A stretch of 64,000 nucleotides of DNA from Eledone cirrhosa (GCA_964016885.1 OZ024741.1:344844001-344908000); one strand, 5' to 3'; counted from the stretch's first letter, positions 26,891 to 41,099 are shown. Notes: generated by a model from the letters alone, not told the origin. Program-made: numbers and translations.

Positions 26891-27554
26891 CCTGTAATAA
26901 GCCAATTTGGGCGGGCACTAAGTGGTTGCTCAGCCTACTAAAAATAACAGCCACATCTGTATCATATCATGAATGTCATTTTCCCAAAAAGGTCACATTG
27001 GATAATTTAATGTTTAGCTAAATATGATCAGATCTCACATGTGTAATACAGTAAATTTAAAAACTTTGATCAATTGAAATTATTCCAACAATTAGTAGTC
27101 AGCACTTTCTAGAGATGTTTGCAATCTAAAAAACAAAGAGAGATGCATTAAGATCATTTGGTTGACATTTTTGAACACTATAAACAATGTAGATGGGAGT
27201 GGAACTGGTTTTTAACACTTTTCTTACCATATTTCTAAGGAAATACACTGCTTATGAATCAGACTTCAGCAATGTGAAGTGTTGGGAGCTGCAGCAACAA
27301 TTTTAATTACAACTAGGTGCACAAGGTCTGAACACAGAAGAACCAAATTCCCACTGTCACTGCCTCCATCTCTCCCGTTCTCCCCATTTATCACTATTAT
27401 GAACAAATGGGGGCCCATGCACTGGGCGCCCTGCAGCCCCGGTGGTCCAAATGGAAAAGCTGTGATCTTCAAATAATGAAGAATCTAGAGAGATTTATTT
27501 AAATAACCAACTTTCTTATTACTAAGCTGGGATCATGAATGTTCTTACATAGTA

Positions 27555-27920
27555 TTATCATTGTTTCTACTTTTGGCACAAGGCTAGCAGTTACCCCAGT
27601 GCATTACTAGTACTTTATTTTATCAACCACGTAATGATGAAAGGCAAAGTTAACCTAAGCAGGATTTGAACTCAGAACATAAAGGACCATAACTCTGTGC
27701 TGCAAAGCATGATGTCTGATGCCTTATAATACTATGTATTATAATTGTTTCTACTTTAGGCACAAGGCCAGCAATTACCCCAGTGCATTACTGGTACTTT
27801 ATTTTATCGACCCCGTAAGGATGAAAGGCAAAGTTAACCTCGGCGGGATTTGAACTCAGATCATAAAGGGACGTAACTATGCTGGAAAGCATGGCATCCG
27901 ACCCTCTACCGATACTGCCA
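27555..27920 (-). mobile_element. Two tandem Nin/Deu-like SINEs
   Basis: Same family motifs as 8745-9370. Confidence 0.85.
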
Positions 27921-28633
27921 AGGAAGGTGTTATGTATTATAATACTATGTATTATAATGGAAGGTCTTATGTATTATAATAGAAGGTCTTTAGATAAATA
28001 CAAAGCCTTTAAAATAAACAGTTTTTATCATAGGACTGGGGCAGTTTCCGGCAGTTTGGTATCAAAAGCCTTAAATTAAAGAAGAGCTTGTTAATTCTAG
28101 AATACTAGATCATAAGTCAGTTTATCAGGGTTTATCTGGGACTGAGAAAAACGATAACAACAAAACATTCATAAATAAATGAAATTTAAAAAATAATAAT
28201 CTTTCTATGCTGCGAAAGTTCTTTTTTTTATTCTCAAACAAAAGTCCTTCAACCAAAAATCTGAAAATTCTACTTGTATTCTTAAAACAGTATAATTGTA
28301 TTTTTTTAAACAAATAAAATTTCTACATGTCAAAAATATACTCTTTTCAAGCAAAAATGATAAATATGAGAATATTTATTTAAATGCCAGTAGATAGGTA
28401 TTTTATTTAACTAAAGCTTCAATTCCTTCGGACAAAAAATATATTTGAAAATATCAAACTAATTTCTTCAAACACTGAAAATAACAATACAAAATACAAA
28501 TTCAGATGTCAACACTTTCTTTTTAACCAAATCTCTCTCGCTATCTCTTTCCCTGCTCTCCCATCTATATCTATATATATATTGAAATGCTCATAATAAA
28601 ATACTTGGAACTCTTTTAACCATCTTTTGATCT

Positions 28634-28699
<66 letters not shown>

Positions 28700-28845
28700 A
28701 TGTACATGCATATATATATATGTGTGTGTGTGTGTATTTGTATATATATATATATACAGGGTGACCCAAAAAATGTATACTCATATTTATTAGAATGCTG
28801 TTGAAGTGTATATACATTTTTGGGGACACACTCTCTCTCTCTCTC

Positions 28846-28880
<35 letters not shown>

Positions 28881-29165
28881 GTGGAGGCACATGGCCTAGT
28901 GGTAAGAGTGTTGGACTTACGATCATAATGTTGTGGGCTCGATTCCTGGGTTGCGTGATGTGTTCTTGAGCAAAACACTTCATTTCATGTTGCTCCAGTA
29001 TACTCAGCTGACAATGAGTACCAGCAATAGCTGGAGGTTTAACCCTGCGATGGACTGGCGTCCTGTCCAGGAGGGAGTCTTGTACTCTCAGTCGCTTCAC
29101 GCCATGAAACCGGGATAAGTACCGGCCAAATGAGCCTTCTGGCTTAAGACAGACTTTAGACTTTT
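28881..29165 (+). mobile_element. Full-length tRNA-derived SINE with a Meta/V-like central domain
   Basis: A box TGGCCTAGTGG, B box GGCTCGATTCC, GTTCTTGAGCAAAACACTT, AACCCTGCGATGGACTGGCGTCCTGTCCAGG, GAAACCGGGATAAG, ACTTTAG-repeat tail. Confidence 0.8.
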
Positions 29166-29640
29166 ATACATTCCCACATGTCAACATAATCTCTTCAAAT
29201 ATGAAAAATAAAATATTTTCTCATTTGTCAAGAACCCCACCTTCCTATAAAGGTACACACACAACACAACACAGACGCACACACACACAGACACGCTCAC
29301 ACACACACCGAAAGAATATCACAATGCAATAAAAACAAATATAAAACAAACAAAGATGGAGTAGAATGAAGGATCTCTAAACTATAATTCCACCCACTTC
29401 ATTCCCTGAGAAAGGAGAAGGAGGAGAACAATCGTTTCTACTGTTCCCTTCTTTCCATACCCCCACAACCTCATTCTGGTATGTGTCTGCTCTTGTTAGC
29501 GGATATATCTTTACAGTTGCACCATGGGAATGGTTGATCTGTCTTGGAGACTGGATGCTTGTCATTTGTGTGAATCTCCCATTCTTCTCTCTTTCTCATT
29601 CTCTTTTTCATTTTCACTAGCTTATTCTTTCTTTCTATTA

Positions 29641-29671
<31 letters not shown>

Positions 29672-29684
29672 ATGTATGTATATA

Positions 29685-29763
29685 TTGGGTCGTCAAGTAT
29701 GAAATTTGTAGACATTTGTAGAAAAAAAACAAATTTCTACAAATTTCTTACTTGACGACCTAA
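29685..29763. mobile_element. 79-bp mariner-type MITE
   Basis: TA|TTGGGTCGTCAAGTA.GAAATTTGTAGA ... TCTACAAATTTC.TACTTGACGACCTAA|TA. Confidence 0.8.
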
Positions 29764-30141
29764 TATTTACACACACACATGCATATGTATAAAGTATATA
29801 CACCTTATATATATAGATACATACATATATATGTGTGTGTATATATGTGTGTGTGTAGTGTGTGTATGTATATGCATACATATTTGTGTGTGTCTCTCTC
29901 TCTCTCTCTCACATATATGTATATATATATATACACACACATAAATACACAAATATTTATAAACACTATCACACGTTTCAACTCATATGTATGTTTGTTA
30001 GAATCAGCTATGTATGATGTTCTGCTGTCAAGAAAAAGACATAACAAAATGAATATATATATATATATATATAAATATATGAATATATATATATATATGA
30101 ATATATATATATATATATATGAATATATATATATATATATA

Positions 30142-30790
30142 TCATCATCATCATCATCATGATCGTTTAACGTCCATGTTCCACGCTTGCATGGGTTTGG
30201 ACGGGAGTTTTCCCACTTGAGGCAAGAGTGGTTGTCTTGCTCGCATAGGACTGTCTGGCGGGTTTTCTACAGCTGGATGCCCTTCCTAACACCAACCACA
30301 TTTACAGTGTGGGACTGGGACGTTTTTACCGTGTTGCCTACACGGTCACATTACAGCGTGGACTGTGTGTTTTTTTGTCGTGACACCTACACAATCTCAT
30401 TTGTTTCGGCCTGGATGTTGTGACACCAACATAACTTTACATTGAAAGGGGCGGTGTGGATAGGGTGGGGGTGGTGGGACGGGGTGTATTTTGTTAGAGA
30501 TGCCTACTGACTGTAGTAGGTTTACTTTGTATTTAGGTAAGGCGGGTCTTCTCTATTACTGAGTACCGCCAAAGATCTCGGTTCAGTGACATTGTCTTGG
30601 AGAGGTGTAAGTGTGTGAGGTCGGAATTTATCAGGTCGTCCCAGGTTTTTCTGGGTCTGCCTACTCCGTGGCTACCGTCTATCTTTATTGCCCTGCACTT
30701 TTTTATACAGCTGTCGTCTTTCATGCGCATCACGTGACCATACCAACGTAGCCTTCTCTCGAATAAACAACATCTGATCCCTCTTATTTC
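30142..30790 (-). mobile_element. RTE 3' portion (subfamily A)
   Basis: Near-identical to 282-930; 5' end in (TA)n. Confidence 0.92.
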
Positions 30791-30796
30791 TATATA

Positions 30797-30829
<33 letters not shown>

Positions 30830-30833
<4 letters not shown>

Positions 30834-31058
30834 AAGGCGTGTGGCTGAGTGGTTAGAGTATTGGATTCACAATCGTGAGGTTGTGAGTTCGATTCCTGAA
30901 CCAGGCGATGCGTTATGTCCTTGAGCAAGACACTTTATTTCACGTTGCTCCTTCTACCTGGAGTTGCGACCGATAGATAGTATTAGCAATTGGAAAGACC
31001 AACGGAAAACATAGTTTCCTCGGTCCGATTTGACGAAAGTCGATCGACTAGAATATAT
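30830..31058 (+). mobile_element. tRNA-derived SINE
   Basis: TGGCTGAGTGG A box, GAGTTCGATTCC B box, GTCCTTGAGCAAGACACTT. Confidence 0.8.
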
Positions 31059-31069
31059 ATGTATAAAAA

Positions 31070-31605
31070 GGTGTATAAAAAAGTGCAGGGCGATAAAAAT
31101 AGACGGTAGCCATGGAGTAGGTAGACCCAGAAAAACCTGGGACAACTTGATAAATTCCGACCTCACACACTTACACCTCTCCAAGACAATGTCACTGGAC
31201 CGAGATCTTTGGCGCTACACAGTAATACAGAAGACGCACCTTGCCTAAGTACAAAGCGAAACCTACAGTCAGTAGGTACCTCTTAACAAAATACACCCCC
31301 GTCCCACTACCCCCACCCCATCCACACCAACCCTTTTGATGTAAAGTTACAAATGAGGTCGTGTAGGTGTCACGAAAAAAAAACACAGTCCACGCTGTAA
31401 TGTGGCTGTGTAGGTAACACGGTAAAAACCTCCCAGTCCACACTGTAAATGTGGTTGGTGTTAGGAAGGGCATCCAGCTGTAGAAAACCCGCCAGACAGT
31501 CCTATACGAGCAAGTCAACCAATCTTGCCTCAAGTGGGAAAATTTCCTGTCCAAACCCATGCAAGCGTGGAAGATGGACGTTAAACGATGATGATGATGA
31601 TGACG
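31070..31605 (+). mobile_element. RTE 3' portion (subfamily A-related)
   Basis: CIKKCRAIKIDGSHGVGRPRKTW, 3'UTR and (GAT)n tail. Confidence 0.9.
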
Positions 31606-31779
31606 ATATATATATATATATAATCATCTCCCCTCCTCTTCCTTCTCATCATCATCACCATCAACTTTTGTTTGTTTTACCATGAGGTGGATGAGACTTT
31701 TTAAGGTAGAATTCTTTGCCATGATGTTGAGGCTCCACTTCCTTGCTTTTTAATTATTATTAAGTAAGGTATGAAGACT

Positions 31780-31982
31780 GTAGATTGCCAATATTGTTAG
31801 AGCATCGGACACCATGCTTTGTGGCATCGAGTTATGTCCCTTTGCGTTCTGATTTCAAATACTGCAGAAGTTAGTTTTACCTTATGGGGATTAATAAAAT
31901 AAAGTACCACTTGGGTCGATTTAATGAACTTTCCCGTCCCACAAAATTGTTGGCCTTGTGCCTAAATCAGAAACCGTTATTA
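31780..31982 (+). mobile_element. Diverged Nin/Deu-like SINE
   Basis: AATAAAATAAAGTACC...TGGCCTTGTGCCTAAATCAGAAAC. Confidence 0.7.
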
Positions 31983-32215
31983 ACTTAGTATGAATCTTCA
32001 TGTTTAACCACTATGTAGAGGGATCTCTTTTTATGGTGAATGTAAACAAATATCACAAACTGTAATGTTGACTGTGAAGAAAAGAAACATGTAGACACAA
32101 CATGCTTGTGTGTATATATTCATATACATGTACACACACACACACACGCATGCATATATATATATATATGTATATATATACACACATATATATATATATG
32201 TATATATATATACAC

Positions 32216-32267
<52 letters not shown>

Positions 32268-32286
32268 GTGTGTGTTTATATATATA

Positions 32287-32355
<69 letters not shown>

Positions 32356-32471
32356 ATGTATATATATATATATGTATGTGTGTGTGTATGTATATATATA
32401 TATATGTATGTGTGTGTGTATATATATATATATATATGTGTGTGTATGTATATATATATATATATGTGTGT

Positions 32472-32512
<41 letters not shown>

Positions 32513-32549
32513 TGTGTGTATATATATATATATACACACACTTATATAT

Positions 32550-32580
<31 letters not shown>

Positions 32581-32707
32581 CACATATATATATATATAAA
32601 ATCTCAAAAAATGGCTGACTGAATACGCACCTCTTTTTTTCTCTCCTTTTTACCCCTGTTCCTTTCTCTTCCCACCCTTTTTTTCTATTTCTTTCTATTT
32701 CTAACTC

Positions 32708-32747
32708 TGTCTTCTGATGAATGATTAGTGTCTGAAACGTTAAGACA
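32708..32747 (+). ncRNA. Minimal type-I hammerhead motif in a PLE pseudo-LTR (32640-32835)
   Basis: TGTCTT-CTGATGA-(weak stem II)-GAAAC-GTT|AAGACA; helix I 6 bp; palindromic ACGT helix III. Confidence 0.6.
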
Positions 32748-33974
32748 CTTTTCCTGCTATTTCAAGTTTTAAACTAATATATTTCTTCAATGTACTGTGT
32801 CGTTTGCTTTGTTATTTCTGTTTACTTTTTACATACATATATATATATATTTACATATATATTCACATATGCATGTGTGTAATCACACACAGCAGAACAT
32901 AAACAAAAAAGAGAATAGGTGATACTGGAAGGAAAGAGTAAGAAATATTCATTAATTCTTTCATTACCATATTCCCATCAAATATACTGCTTATAATTTT
33001 CAGACAATTTTGAATTAAGAAAAATCTAGTAATATAACTAACTTTCATAAGTTTAAGCTGGTGTTTGGATTATAACTTCCGAAGGCTCTTGTATAATATT
33101 ATGATGAAAGGTTTGCAGAGTATAATCAGTTCTTTTTTATGGTAGCACCCAACCCCAAGCATGTTGTCTTTTATTTGATGTAACTGAAGAGTATTGCCGG
33201 ATTTACTATTGTGCTTTGGTGTGCTTTAGCACAGGGCCCCCGTTGGCCAGGCCGACCCATTTCCCTGCCAACAAAATTTTTTGCGATGAATTTTCAAATG
33301 TTTAGGGCCTGATTTGTCCAAAATCCAGCACTGGTGAAGAGTCTTCTCTATTTTATGTTGTTATCATCAACCACTTTTACAAATTGCACTGGGTGTAATT
33401 TATTAGAACACCAACCCAAGGGAGCTTACCTTGTCTCATGTAAGACTAAAGAGCTCTGTATATTCCACGCAATCTTTATTCTTTCAAAATATGTGTGTGT
33501 GGTCAAAAGTGTAAATAGAAAATATATGATTACTAAGTGGGAAAGAGGAGAGAATATGACTTTGGGAGGTGAGGAATAATAAAATGTTAAGGTAAGAAAT
33601 AATTGAGGAGAAATTGATAGCTATATTATAGTTGTTGGTAGGCAGTTAAATAAACAACAGCATGAGTAACGTGCAGAGATAGATATATAGGTGAGTTATG
33701 GTAAGGAAGAGCAAATGAGATGGGTGAGGGTGATAGTGTTCGATATCAATAAGAGTTTTCTGGAGAAGAGAGATTAATGGTTAGTGGTAGAAATTGGTGA
33801 GGTGAGAATTATAGTTAGCAATAGGAGTTGGCAGTTGGAGATACTGCATATGTCCAGATCTGATGTCTTTCCTCCTGACACGAGCGACATGATGGAAGAG
33901 AAATTGATGGGTGATGGCGGAAAAGAAGTAAAGTGATAATGGTACTCATACTCTGAAACCTACACACACACATA

Positions 33975-35270
33975 CATACATACACTATGGCTCATACATA
34001 CATGCTCACACTTTACACTTCAGCGCATACATACATACACTACGGCACATACATGTATACATACATACGCCACGGCACATACATATATACATACATACAC
34101 TATGGCACATACATATATACATACACTATGGCACATACATGTATACATACATACACTATGGCACATACATGTATACATACACCATGGCACATACATATAT
34201 ACATACATACACTACGGCACATACATATATACATACATACACTACGGCACATACATATATACATACATACACTACGGCACATACATACATGCTCAAACCT
34301 TACGTTATGACACATACATACAATCACACATCTTACACTATGGACATACATACATGCACACATCTTATATTATGGTACATACATGCACACATCTTACACT
34401 ATGGCACATACATACATACACACATCTTACATTATGGCATATATATATATATATATATTACAACATCCAGTACAAAATAAATGAGGACGTGTAGGTGTCA
34501 CGACAAAATAAAACACACAGTCCACGGTGTAATGTGGCCGTGTAGGTAACATGGTAAAAAACCTCCCAGTCCACACTGTAAATGTGGTTGGTGTTAGGAA
34601 GGGCATCCAGCCGTAGAAAACCTGCCAGACAGTCCTATACGAGCGAGACATGGTCACCCGACTAATCTTGCCTCAAGTAGAACAATTCCCATCTAAACCC
34701 ATGCTAGCGTGGAAGATAGACGTTAAACAATGATGATGATGATGATGATATACATTAGTTTCTGAGACATATTCAAATATATCTCATTATGGTACCTAAT
34801 CACATATGTACAAATTTCACATCTTGATTTAAACATATATACACATATTCCACATTTTGGTACATAAACACTTTGACATACATCTCACATTTTGGTACAT
34901 AAACACTTTGGCATACATTCACATTTTGTGATATAAACACTTTGGTATACATTTCACATTTTGGTATATAAACACTTTGGCATACATCTCATGTTCTGGT
35001 ACATAATCACATACACACACAAACATACACCAGATTCTGGCATGCAATACATATATTTATCACATTTGGTATATAAACACTTCAGCATACATCTCACATT
35101 TTGGTACATAAACACTTAAGCATACATCTCATATTTTGGAATATAAACACTTCGACATACATTTGATATTCTTGTACATAAACTATTCAGCATACATTTC
35201 ACATTTTGGTACATAAACACTTAGGCATACATCTCACATTTTGGTACATAAACATGTTGGTATGCATCTC
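33975..35270. repeat. Minisatellites (~30 bp at 33975-34440; ~35 bp at 34850-35270) interrupted by an RTE 3'UTR (34460-34750, +)
   Basis: ACATACATACACTAYGGCACATACATRTAT and ACATAAACACTTTGGCATACATCTCACATTTTGGT units. Confidence 0.85.
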
Positions 35271-36689
35271 ATGTTCTGATACATAATCACATACACACAC
35301 ACACACACACATACACCAGATTCTGGCATGCAATACATATATTTATCTCATTTGGTCATATGCAAATACAAATTTATGTACACACTCCACATCCCACACT
35401 CCAGCAGCTAGACACATACACACACATACAGGCACTTAGACATTCACATACACACTCTCACACACACACATGCACATATAAATACGACAAGCAAAAAGAT
35501 GTATGAACACAGCATGAACACACACATATATATATATTGACACAAACATTAGCATGTTCTTATATAAACACACATTTAGAGACACAGATATGTGTATATG
35601 GACATGTAAACTTACACACATGCATGTTGTTAAACACATCCAGGCACGTATAAACATGCACATACATATATACACTGACATATATATATATATGTAGACC
35701 TATATACACATGTATATAGACCTATTCACATATACACACACACATCCAGACACTTATAAGCATACACATATATACATGCACAGACATTACTACACTTACA
35801 TGTATATAGAAAATATGTATATAGACATATACACACGCATACACATATGTATATAGACATATTCAGACACACACATCTGCACACACACACACATTCAGAC
35901 ACTTATAAGCATACACATACTTACATACACACACATCCAGACACATATGAGCATACCCATACATACACACATCCAGACACATATGAGCATACACATACAC
36001 ATACACATACACACATGCACATACAGACATTGCTACACTTACATATATGTATATAGACACACACATAAGCCGACACACACATAAGCCTACACATACATAC
36101 ATACACACATCCAGACACATATAAGCCTACACATACATACATACATACTCACATCCAGACACTTATAAGCATACACATACATACATACACATACATAGAT
36201 GCACATACACAGACATTGCTACACTTACATATATGTATATAGACTCATACACACATCCACACACAAGCCTACACACACATACACACATACACACACACAC
36301 ATAAGCCGACACATACAAACACACATCCAGACACTTATAAGCATACACATACATACACACATCCAGACACATATAAGCATACACATACATACATACATAC
36401 ATACATACACATACATACATACATACATACACACACACATCCACACACACACATAAGCCTACATACACATACACATACATACACACATGCAGACTCATTT
36501 CACACACACACACATCCACACATATACATACATGCACAGCACAGACATTACTACACGGAGAATTCCTCGGTTGGCATCCTTACAGTGAGTCATGCACCAT
36601 TGAGGCTGCACGGCAGCAGCTGACTGACAGACGACAACCACCACCAGTGTGTGCAGTGTGTGCAGTGTGTGCATTGTGCTGTGTGGTGC

Positions 36690-36827
36690 AGCAAGGTGGT
36701 GGTGGTGGTGGTTGGCAGTTGATGTGTGGTGGTGGTGGTGGTGGTGGTGGTACTGTGCTGGGAAGCAGAAATGTTGGTGGCAGAGGGGGGGGGCTATATG
36801 TGACAGGAAGGATTGATAGCAGCAGTG

Positions 36828-36864
<37 letters not shown>

Positions 36865-37004
36865 GGGTAGTAGTAGTAGTGGTGGTAGTAGTAGTAGTAG
36901 ACTGGTAGGGTGGTGGTGGTGATGGTAGTAGACTGGTGGTGGTGGTAGTAGTAGTGGTTGTGGTGGTGGTGGTGGTGGTGGTGGTGGTGGTGGTGGTGGT
37001 GGTG

Positions 37005-37051
<47 letters not shown>

Positions 37052-37115
37052 GGTGGTGGTAGCAGTAGTAGTAGCAGTAGTAGTAGTAGTAGTAGTGGTA
37101 GTGGTAGTAGTAGTT
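36690..37115. repeat. (GGT)n/(GTA)n trinucleotide tract
   Basis: Visible directly. Confidence 0.95.
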
Positions 37116-37402
37116 TAGTGTGCTAGATAGGTAGGTAGGGGCCAGTATGATTGCTTCCACACTACTGACTCACACTGAATGACTGATATCAGTACCACAC
37201 ATATATACACACACACATACACATACATGCATGCATACACACACTCATGCATAGACACACACATACTTACATACAAATACACACACATCATCATCATCGT
37301 TTAACGTCTATCTTCCACGCTAGCATGGGTTAGACACAGACACACAAACACACAAACACACACACATATATATATATATGTAAATATATATATATACACA
37401 CA

Positions 37403-37595
37403 TACAGAGTGTCCCTAAATATGTATATTCACTTTGATTAGAATGCTGTTGATATGTATATACATTTTTTAGGGACATCCTGTTTGTGTATATATATATA
37501 TACACACACATACATACAGTGTCCCCAAAAATATATATACACTTTGATTAGAATGATGTTGATGTGTGTATACATTTTTAGGGACACCCTGTTTA

Positions 37596-37627
<32 letters not shown>

Positions 37628-38060
37628 AATATATATATATACATACAGTGTGTCCCCAAAAATATATATACACTTTGATTAGAATGATGTTGATGTGTGT
37701 ATACATATTTTAGGGACACCCTGTTTATGTGTGTATATATATATATACACATACATACATACAGTGTGTCCCAAATATATATATGCACTTTGATTAGAAT
37801 GCTGTTGATGTGTGTATACATTTTTGAGGGACATCCTGTTTATGTGTATATATATACACACATACATACAGAGTGTCCCAAAAAATATATATACACTTTG
37901 ATTAGAATGATGTTGATGTGTGTATACATTTTTAGGGACACCCTGTTTATGTGTGTGTATATATATATATACATACATACATACAGTGTGTCCCAAATAT
38001 ATATATGCACTTTGATTAGAATGCTGTTGATGTGTGTATACATTTTTGAGGGACACCCTG
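37403..38060. repeat. Tandem array of six ~77-bp Tc1/mariner-type MITE units with microsatellite spacers
   Basis: TACAG.GTGTCCC..AAATATATATACACTTTGATTAGAATG.TGTTGATGTGTGTATACATTTT..GGGACACCCTG repeated at ~105-130 bp spacing. Confidence 0.85.
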
Positions 38061-38070
38061 TTTATGTATG

Positions 38071-38146
<76 letters not shown>

Positions 38147-38151
38147 TGTAC

Positions 38152-38184
<33 letters not shown>

Positions 38185-39079
38185 CATGCATATGAACATA
38201 CTATACATACATTAGGTTACATACACATGCATAAATACATGCATGCATACATACATATATACATACACATACGCACACATTCACAAGCAAACTTGAATAC
38301 CAAAGCAATCATGTGTATGATGTGTGTGTATATATATATATATGTGTGTGTGTTATGTCTGTTGTGTACTTCAGTTCTGTGTTGTATGTGTATGTATACA
38401 CTGTACATGTGTATGTGTGTGTATCAGCTATGTTTATCCTGTGTGTATGTGCTGTGTTGTCTCATATTGTGTATGTATGTGTGTTGATGTTGTGCTGTTT
38501 TTGTACTATATGCATGTGTTTGCTTATATTCTGTATATATATGTATGTATGTGCATCTATATATATACATATATATATGTGTGTATGTGTATATATATTA
38601 TATATATGTGTGTGTGTGTGTATGTATTTGTTTGTTTATCTTTTTCTCTCTCTCTATATACGTGTATATATATATATGTGTGTGTATATATTCATGTATG
38701 TATGTGCATCTATATATATACATATATATATGTGTGTATGTGTATATATATTATATATATGTGTGTGTGTGTGTATGTATTTGTTTGTTTATCTTTTTCT
38801 CTCCCTCTATATACGTGTATATATATATATGTGTGTGTATATATTCATGTATGTGTATATATATATATGTGTGTGTGTGTGTGTATGCATTTGTTTCTAT
38901 ATCTTTCTTTCTCTCCCTCTATATGTGTATATATATATATGTGTGTGTGTGTGTGTATATATTCATGTATGTATATGTATGTATATGTATATATATATAT
39001 GTGTGTGTGTGTGTTAGAGAGACAGTCTACAATGCATGCAGGATTGTATGGCATGTACCATCTTGCATTCCATTCTGCT

Positions 39080-40165
39080 ACACTCCCCTTCCTCCTCTAC
39101 TTCTCCCTCCTCTCTTTCTCCCTTCTCTCCTTCCCCCTCCTCTCCTTCCTTTCCCTCCTTTCCACTACTACCCTTCCTCCTCCCTCCCCATCATTTCTCT
39201 CTCTAATAACTTCTCTATTTTTCTCCTTTTCCCTTCATTCCATCTCAATTTTTCCTTTTTTTTAATTCTTTCATTTCTTTATGCTTTCACTCTTTCATCA
39301 CTCTTTTCTTCAATCATTCTTTCATTTTTTACTTATTTCTTCTTTCCCTCATTTTCTCTTTCTCTCATTTCCTCTTTCACTTTTCTCTCATTTCCTCGTT
39401 CACTCTTTTATTTTTTCTTTTATTTCTCCTTTCACTCTTTCATTTTTTCTCTTATTTCTCCTTTCACTCTTTCATTTTTTCTTTCCCTCTTTCATTTTTT
39501 TCGCTCTTTCACTTTTCTCTCGTTTCCTCATTCACTCTTTCATTTTTTCTTTTATTTCTCCTTTCACTCTTTCATTTTTTCTCTTATTTCTCCTTTCACT
39601 CTTTCATTTTTTCTTTCCCTCTTTCATTTTTTTCTCTCATTTCTTCTTTAACTCTTTCATTTTTTCTCTCATTTCTTCTTTAACTCTTTCATTTTTTCTC
39701 TTTTTCTCCTTTCACTCTTTCATTTTTTTCGCTCTTTCACTTTTACTCTCATTTCTTCATTTCTTCTTTTCTTCATTTCTTCTTTTCCTCATTTCTTCTT
39801 TCCCTCATTTCTTCTTTTACTCATTTCTTCTTTTACTCATTTCTTCTTTTCTTCATTTCTTCTTTCCTCCTTTCTTCTTTTCTTCATTTCTTCTTTCCTT
39901 CATTTCTTCTTTCCTTCATTTCTTCTTTCCTTCATTTCTTCTTTCCCTCATTTCTTCTTTCCTTCATTTCTTCTTTCCCTCATTTTTTCTTTCCTTCATT
40001 TCTTCTTTTCTTCATTTCTTCTTTCCTTCATTTCTTCTTTCCCTCATTTCTTCTTTCCTTCATTTCCTCTTTCCCTCATTTCTTCTTTCCCTCATTTCTT
40101 CTTTCCTTCATTTCTTCTTTCCTTCATTTCTTCTTTCACTCATTTCTCCTTTCATTCAGGCACTT
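39080..40165. repeat. ~1.1-kb pyrimidine tract with 16/17-bp (33-bp) periodicity
   Basis: TTCTTCTTTCCCTCAT / TTCTTCTTTCCTTCAT units; internal duplication around 39405-39635. Confidence 0.9.
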
Positions 40166-41099
40166 CCTCGAAGTGTCACACAGTGGGATTGTACTTGACT
40201 CCATGTGTGTGTGTGTGTGTGTGTATGTATGTGTTATTGTGTGCCTCTACATGTGTGTGTGTTATTGTGTATACTTCTACATGTGGTGTGTGTTATTGTG
40301 TACCTCTATATGTGTGTGTGTGTGTTAGTGTATACCTCTATATGTGTGTGTTCTTGTGTTATTGTGTGTGTGTGTTATTGTATACCTCTACATGTGTGTA
40401 TGTGTGTTATAGTGTACCTCTATATGTGTGTGTTATTGTCTACCTCTATATATGTGTGTTATTGTATATCTCCACATGTGTGTGTTTGTGTGTGTTATTG
40501 TGAAATTACTCAATAGTATCTGAAGGTTTGCAGCCCCAGTCCTTACACATGGAACTCTGAGTAACAATACAGTGAATTCACTGACTGTTTCCCCGATAAA
40601 TCAATCGATATAAACTCTTCTTCGTTCATTAGGAACTTATTTCTTCCATTTATTCATGTGTGTGTAAGAGAGTCTGTATGTATGTGTATGTAGTCTTGTT
40701 TTGGGAAATGTTCTAAGTTCTTGGCAAAAGCAACATAAGTATCAAAGTGTCTATGATTTATTGTTTGTTAAGCCCTTCAGGACCATATTTCTAATGAGTG
40801 AATAATGTATAATGAAATTATTGTGTACAGTGCTCAGGTGCACTACATCAAAGGTGTATGTATAGTACATAGAATAATATACAAATGTCAGGAAAGTGAA
40901 CTGTGTATGAGTCATGATATACATGTGTGCGCATGTATGGAGGGGGATATTAGGTGTAGTGTTGGCGAATTTCAGGAAGCATGAAGGTTTTAAAGGATGC
41001 AATCTTGGCAGCTAACAACTGATGCAGATAGTGTGTTCCATGCTTCAGCAACTCTGAGCGTGAAAAAATGATTCTGAAAGTCATGGGAGCTGTGCTGTT

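Noticed and set aside
32950-33960. Decayed PLE or other coding remnant on the minus strand
   Set aside because: No diagnostic motif recoverable by eye; left unannotated
37403-38060. CRISPR-like repeat-spacer array
   Set aside because: Spacers are microsatellites, and the repeats are Tc1/mariner-type MITEs also found solo
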